NCBI GenBank assembly: GCA_965197645.1
Contig: OZ240219.1
Coordinates: 2,656,001 to 2,720,000, forward strand
Source of the DNA: Dehalococcoidia bacterium
GTDB taxonomy: Bacteria; Chloroflexota; Dehalococcoidia; Plut-88900
Length of the DNA: 64,000 nt
Direction of reading: 5' to 3'
The position numbers and the translations under genes are program-made. This document shows, piece after piece, positions 59,904-64,000 of this stretch (positions within the stretch are counted from its first letter, which is position 1; the number at the start of each line of letters is the position of its first letter). A model generated the notes under the pieces. The model did no database searches. It saw only the letters and a list, made by a program, of their open reading frames with translations, and was not told the DNA's origin.

Positions 59904-60908
59904 TCAACGGTCCAGGATCTCATTGAGGCGGGTGACCAGTTCATTGACCACGCCAACCTGGGAGTTCCGCCTGGACCTGGCCTCCTCGAGTTCGTTGAAT
60001 TTCTGCTCCAATTCAGCGATGGGTATCAGGTCGACCAGGTAGAGGGCCTCGAACCTCTCGTATTGGAAGTTAAGCCCTTCAAACCGCCTGTCCAGCTGTT
60101 CGAACAAGATGAGAGCGATATCGTATTCGGCTTTCAGCCGATTATACTCCGAGAAGTCCTGGCAGAGCAGGTGTGTGACGAAGATATCGTGGCGGCGGCT
60201 GGGGATGTCCAGTATGGTGGTAGACACGATGTGGACCCCAACGGCCCCGGTGTCATAGCTGGCTCCGATCATGTTTCGGTAGTGGCTCGGGCTGTTCAAC
60301 CAGCCGTTGAAGGACTCTTTTGAGATGTATTCGGACGAGACCTCCATGCCGTTCAGGACCTGGAAGAGGTTCTCGGCGCAGCGAAGATCGGTCAAACCGG
60401 CCCGCTCGACCCGGTCCTGGGGCCCCAGGCCTTCCGGCGTGTAGTGATCGAAGTACTTTCGCTCGGCCATATCCTGTGAATGGGCCCGGGCGACCTCGAC
60501 CAGAAGCGCGTTCAGCGACAATCGGGGTAGTCCTTGCTCCCCTCGGAAGCTGTTGACCCTGACCTGTACCTCGCTTTCCGTCGTGTTGATGTCTGGAGTG
60601 GAAGGAGACGCTGCCTCCAAGTCGTCCAGCGATGAACGGGCGGAGACTATGAAGAGGGACGTCGGCGGCTCCTCCAGCGGTTGCCCAGCCTGGGGAAGAG
60701 AGGAGGGAGTGAACACCGGCCTGGAAGCTGCTTCCAACTCAGTGGTGTTAGTGGGCCTAGCAGTAGGAGTCGGCAGAGACTGGGATGCATCGTCTGAAGC
60801 TCCATCGGACATGGGGTTGTCGCCCGGGCTTCCCAGTAGACTCAGCAACACAGCGCCCACGAGCGCGGCAACGAGCACTAGTGACACTGCCGTACTGGCC
60901 GCTTTCAC
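59904..60908 (-). CDS. Membrane-anchored CAP (SCP) domain protein with C-terminal coiled coil
   Basis: VN..R...GL..L, ARAHSQDMA...YFDH, AENL, WLNSPSH..N. Confidence 0.88.
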   Translation of the reverse strand: MKAASTAVSLVLVAALVGAVLLSLLGSPGDNPMSDGASDDASQSLPTPTARPTNTTELEAASRPVFTPSSLPQAGQPLEEPPTSLFIVSARSSLDDLEAASPSTPDINTTESEVQVRVNSFRGEQGLPRLSLNALLVEVARAHSQDMAERKYFDHYTPEGLGPQDRVERAGLTDLRCAENLFQVLNGMEVSSEYISKESFNGWLNSPSHYRNMIGASYDTGAVGVHIVSTTILDIPSRRHDIFVTHLLCQDFSEYNRLKAEYDIALILFEQLDRRFEGLNFQYERFEALYLVDLIPIAELEQKFNELEEARSRRNSQVGVVNELVTRLNEILDR

Positions 60909-61013
60909 GTTGTAGTGGCCTCACCTGCACTAGAGATCCGAGAGGCAGCTACGATCACCGGGGCTATGCCTTCATCCATATGCCGATGAGAGTCGAGAAG
61001 TTAATGCAGGAAG

Positions 61014-61463
61014 CTAGATGGAGCCTCTGATAAGGCCAAACACCACAACGATGCCTACGGCTGCAAGGCCCAGGATTACCCAGTCTCTGAATTGGCTCAG
61101 GCGCGGCAGTTTGATTCCGGCGCGGCGATCATCGTCGCCGCCAAAGACTCTGAAGGACGTAGGTTCTACCTCGGTCGAGGTCTCACGCGGGTGCAGCGAG
61201 TAAGCTTTGCCGGTGAAGGTCCCGGATCTGCCCTCCACGTGGCCCTCCTGGTAGTATTTGCTTCCCGCGGCGTCGGCCGCCGGGGCGTCGAAATCGGGCA
61301 GAGACTCCAGAACGCCGTATCCCATGCCATAACCGCAACGAGCACATTCGACGGGCCCAATCCTGCGACCGGCCCAATAGCCCAGGGTGCCGCGGGTCCC
61401 TTCCCGAAACTGGCCGTTGCCGCATCGGGGACATTGGGATGAATCGTTCTTCAAGTTACGCAT
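61014..61463 (-). CDS. Hypothetical zinc-ribbon protein with C-terminal TM
   Basis: CPRC...CARCG; hydrophobic C-terminus. Confidence 0.6.
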   Translation of the reverse strand: MRNLKNDSSQCPRCGNGQFREGTRGTLGYWAGRRIGPVECARCGYGMGYGVLESLPDFDAPAADAAGSKYYQEGHVEGRSGTFTGKAYSLHPRETSTEVEPTSFRVFGGDDDRRAGIKLPRLSQFRDWVILGLAAVGIVVVFGLIRGSI

Positions 61464-61640
61464 TTTCGATTCCGGATTCTATAACGCTGCACGGGGCCAA
61501 GGGTACCCTGGCAGGCCGTTCAAGACCTCTTCGACCATCCGATTAGCACCCTTCAATTCTGTACAGCCCGTGTGATGGGGAGTCGTCTGATGCAATCCGG
61601 GGTGGGCAGGACGGAAGAACCACCATAAGTGATCGGCCTC

Positions 61641-61856
61641 CTAGTCCTTGACGGGAATGGTGCCCCAGACAATCTCATCGGGGGCGCTGACCAGCTTCTC
61701 CGCGCCGGCGATCTCCCGGATCTTGAGCAGGGTCATGTTGACTTCGGGGGTCAGGTATACCCATTCATCACCCTCGGGTATCCAATAGGGAGAGTTGATC
61801 CTTACCACCCTATTTTCCTTCTTGTTGAGGTATATGCCGAACTTGGACGGGTCCAT
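61641..61856 (-). CDS. Small hypothetical protein
   Basis: AGGAG SD, directly downstream of glmS, protein-like composition. Confidence 0.7.
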   Translation of the reverse strand: MDPSKFGIYLNKKENRVVRINSPYWIPEGDEWVYLTPEVNMTLLKIREIAGAEKLVSAPDEIVWGTIPVKD

Positions 61857-61874
61857 ATGACAAACTCCTGAGTA

Positions 61875-63719
61875 CTACTCGACGGTAACCGACTTTGCCA
61901 GGTTTCTGGGCTGGTCTACGTCGCAGCCCCTCCGCACAGCAATGTGGTATGCGAAGAGCTGCAACGGCACGACGGATACGATGGGTGACAGCAGATATGG
62001 CGTCTCCGGCAGGTAGATGACGTCGTCCACTCGTGAGGCTATCTCCTCGTCTCCCGCGGTGGCCAGAGCGATGACCCTTCCGTCCCTGGCCTTCACCTCC
62101 TCGATGTTGCTCAGCATCTTGGAGTACATCCGGTCCTTCAACGCGATCACCACTACGGGCATGTTTTCGTCGATCAGGGCTATGGGGCCATGCTTCATTT
62201 CGCCGGCCTGATAGCCCTCCGCATGACTGTAGCTTATCTCCTTCAGCTTCAGGGCGCCCTCCATGGCCGTGGGATAGTTCACCCCCCGGCCTAGGTAAAG
62301 GAAGTTGTTCATTCTGAAGTAGGACTGGGCCAGCTGGCGGCATTGGCCGTCCAGGTCCAGGGCTGCTCCCACGGCCGAGGGGAGTCTGGTCAAATCGTTG
62401 ACCATCGATGCCAGCTTGTCATCGTTCAGATATCCCCGGGCACGGCCCAAGTGGGCAGCGAGAAGATAGAGGGCTACCATTGCGTTGGTGAGGCACTTGG
62501 TGCTGGCCACGCCCACCTCCAGCCCTGCCCGCAGGTGAACTGTGTACCGGGCCACGCGGGTGGACTGGCTATGCTCTATGTTGCACAAGGTGATCTGGGA
62601 GGCGCCCTTACGCCCGGCCTCTTCCATCGCGGCAAGGGTGTCCACCGTTTCCCCGGACTGGCTGATGGAGACCACCAGCGTGGACCCGTCGATTATCGGG
62701 TCCCGGTAGCGGAACTCGGAGGCGTTGTCCACCTCGGCGGGGACACCGGTCAGCTCCTCTATCATCACCCGGCCGACCATCGCCGCGTGGAGGCTGGTGC
62801 CCATCCCGACCAGTACAACCCTGTCGATATTGGCCAGCTCCGCCGTGGAGAAGGTCATCTGCTCCAGGCCTATCGCCGGTGGGTCGAAGGAGATGCGGCC
62901 TCTCAGGGCGTTGGTAACCGCCTGGGGCTGCTCCATTATCTCCTTCAGCATGAAGTGCTTGTAGCCGCCCTTGGCAACTTCAATATCGCCGCGGGATATG
63001 GGCGTTGGCGTACGGTTGGCGGTTTGGCCGTCCGACCCGAAGTACCGTACGTCCTTCCGCTCGACCGAAGCCAGATCACCAGCTTCGAGGAACACGGCCC
63101 GATTGGTGTAGGGTAGTATGGCGGGCAGATCGCTGGCCACGTACATGGCCTCGTCTCCGTAGCCCACCACAATCCCGCCGGCGTTGCCAACCCTGGCGGC
63201 GACTATCTTCCCCGGATTGTGGACCCCCATCACCAGGATGGAAAATGCCCCCTCCAACGATTCCAGGGCATGGGCAACGGCCTTCTCTAGAGGCTCGCCG
63301 CCCCGGGTGTACTCCTCTACCAGATGGGCGATGACCTCGGTGTCCGTTTCCGAGAGCAGGGAGTGGCCGCTGTCTATCAGGCGTTGCTTCACCGGTTGGT
63401 AGTTCTCGACGATGCCGTTGTGGATCACGGCCACCTCTCGATGGCAGTCCAGATGGGGATGAGCGTTGAGGTCGGTGGGCTTTCCGTGGGTGGCCCATCG
63501 GGTGTGGCCCATGCCGGCGGTGCCGATGGGCGTCCCATCGCCTACGGCAGAGGTGAGGGCGCTCAGCTTACCCGCCGCTCTCTCGACGTAAAATTCGCCG
63601 TCACCGTTGAGGACGGCTATCCCGGAGCTGTCGTAGCCCCGGTACTCCAATTTTCGGAGGCCGTCCATCAGTATGGGGGCAGCGGGTTCGGTGCCTACGT
63701 ATCCAACAATGCCACACAT
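61875..63719 (-). CDS. glmS: Glutamine-fructose-6-phosphate transaminase
   Basis: MCGIVG, GHTRWATHG, SQSGET, PRNLAKSVTVE. Confidence 0.98.
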   Translation of the reverse strand: MCGIVGYVGTEPAAPILMDGLRKLEYRGYDSSGIAVLNGDGEFYVERAAGKLSALTSAVGDGTPIGTAGMGHTRWATHGKPTDLNAHPHLDCHREVAVIHNGIVENYQPVKQRLIDSGHSLLSETDTEVIAHLVEEYTRGGEPLEKAVAHALESLEGAFSILVMGVHNPGKIVAARVGNAGGIVVGYGDEAMYVASDLPAILPYTNRAVFLEAGDLASVERKDVRYFGSDGQTANRTPTPISRGDIEVAKGGYKHFMLKEIMEQPQAVTNALRGRISFDPPAIGLEQMTFSTAELANIDRVVLVGMGTSLHAAMVGRVMIEELTGVPAEVDNASEFRYRDPIIDGSTLVVSISQSGETVDTLAAMEEAGRKGASQITLCNIEHSQSTRVARYTVHLRAGLEVGVASTKCLTNAMVALYLLAAHLGRARGYLNDDKLASMVNDLTRLPSAVGAALDLDGQCRQLAQSYFRMNNFLYLGRGVNYPTAMEGALKLKEISYSHAEGYQAGEMKHGPIALIDENMPVVVIALKDRMYSKMLSNIEEVKARDGRVIALATAGDEEIASRVDDVIYLPETPYLLSPIVSVVPLQLFAYHIAVRRGCDVDQPRNLAKSVTVE

Positions 63720-64000
63720 TATGTCGAGTTATTCAGCGCTTGGATGATCTCTTCAACCACCTGTTCCCGGCTCTTGTGGTCAGTATCTATCATCAAAGCG
63801 TCCTCGGCCGGTTTCAGGGGGGCCAGCTCCCGCTCGCTGTCGATCTTGTCCCTGGCCTTCAGACTGCTGAGTATCGAGTCGTAGTCCTCTTCATGTCCCA
63901 GATTGCGCAGCTCCAAGTGCCGCCGGCGGGCCCGCTCCTCGGAGGACGCCAGCAGGTACACCTTGAGACCTGCATCGGGCAGGACCACGGTGCCTATGTC
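63719..64000 (-). CDS. cmk: Cytidylate kinase (5' part outside window)
   Basis: DIGTVVLPDA.LKVYL.AS.EERARRR...RD..DS.R..APL. Confidence 0.93.
   Translation of the reverse strand, partial: DIGTVVLPDAGLKVYLLASSEERARRRHLELRNLGHEEDYDSILSSLKARDKIDSERELAPLKPAEDALMIDTDHKSREQVVEEIIQALNNST

Overview
GC-rich bacterial chromosome segment. Gene content (several luciferase-like monooxygenases, amidohydrolases and SDRs, plus the tmRNA tag GNRQLAMAA) suggests Chloroflexota, probably Dehalococcoidia/SAR202, and possibly host- or sponge-associated because of a plant-type LRR protein; this placement is inference. Left core block (1-24.6 kb): pgk, tsaC, guaA, the pur cluster (purD, purE, purB, purC, purS), a his cluster (hisG, unknown, hisD, hisC, hisB), birA, rnpB, RNase HI, a CtpA protease, smpB and tmRNA. 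A ~23 kb accessory region lies between the inward-facing 3' ends of tmRNA and tRNA-Ala and holds catabolic enzymes, the LRR protein, an NCS2-HATPase-like fusion, an XRE-IrrE pair, a NucS-like nuclease, chrA, a carbonic anhydrase, higBA and AIPR. Right core block: rmuC, jag-yidC-propeller-yidD-rnpA-rpmH, tlyA, pckA, glmS and cmk. Best leads: (1) an otherwise intact RNase HI gene with an in-frame TGA two codons after the catalytic Asp, followed by a SECIS-like hairpin (candidate selenoprotein); (2) a Zn-phospholipase-C-fold gene coupled to hisD, possibly the missing histidinol-phosphatase, next to an atypical HisG; (3) a nucleobase permease fused to a degenerate anti-sigma-like domain; (4) an amidohydrolase pair in which one member lacks the metal-ligand motif; (5) a beta-propeller lipoprotein inside the yidC operon and an Arg-rich YidC tail overprinted on jag; (6) higBA flanked by 175-bp direct repeats. 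All calls rest on reading motifs by eye; no database searches were run.
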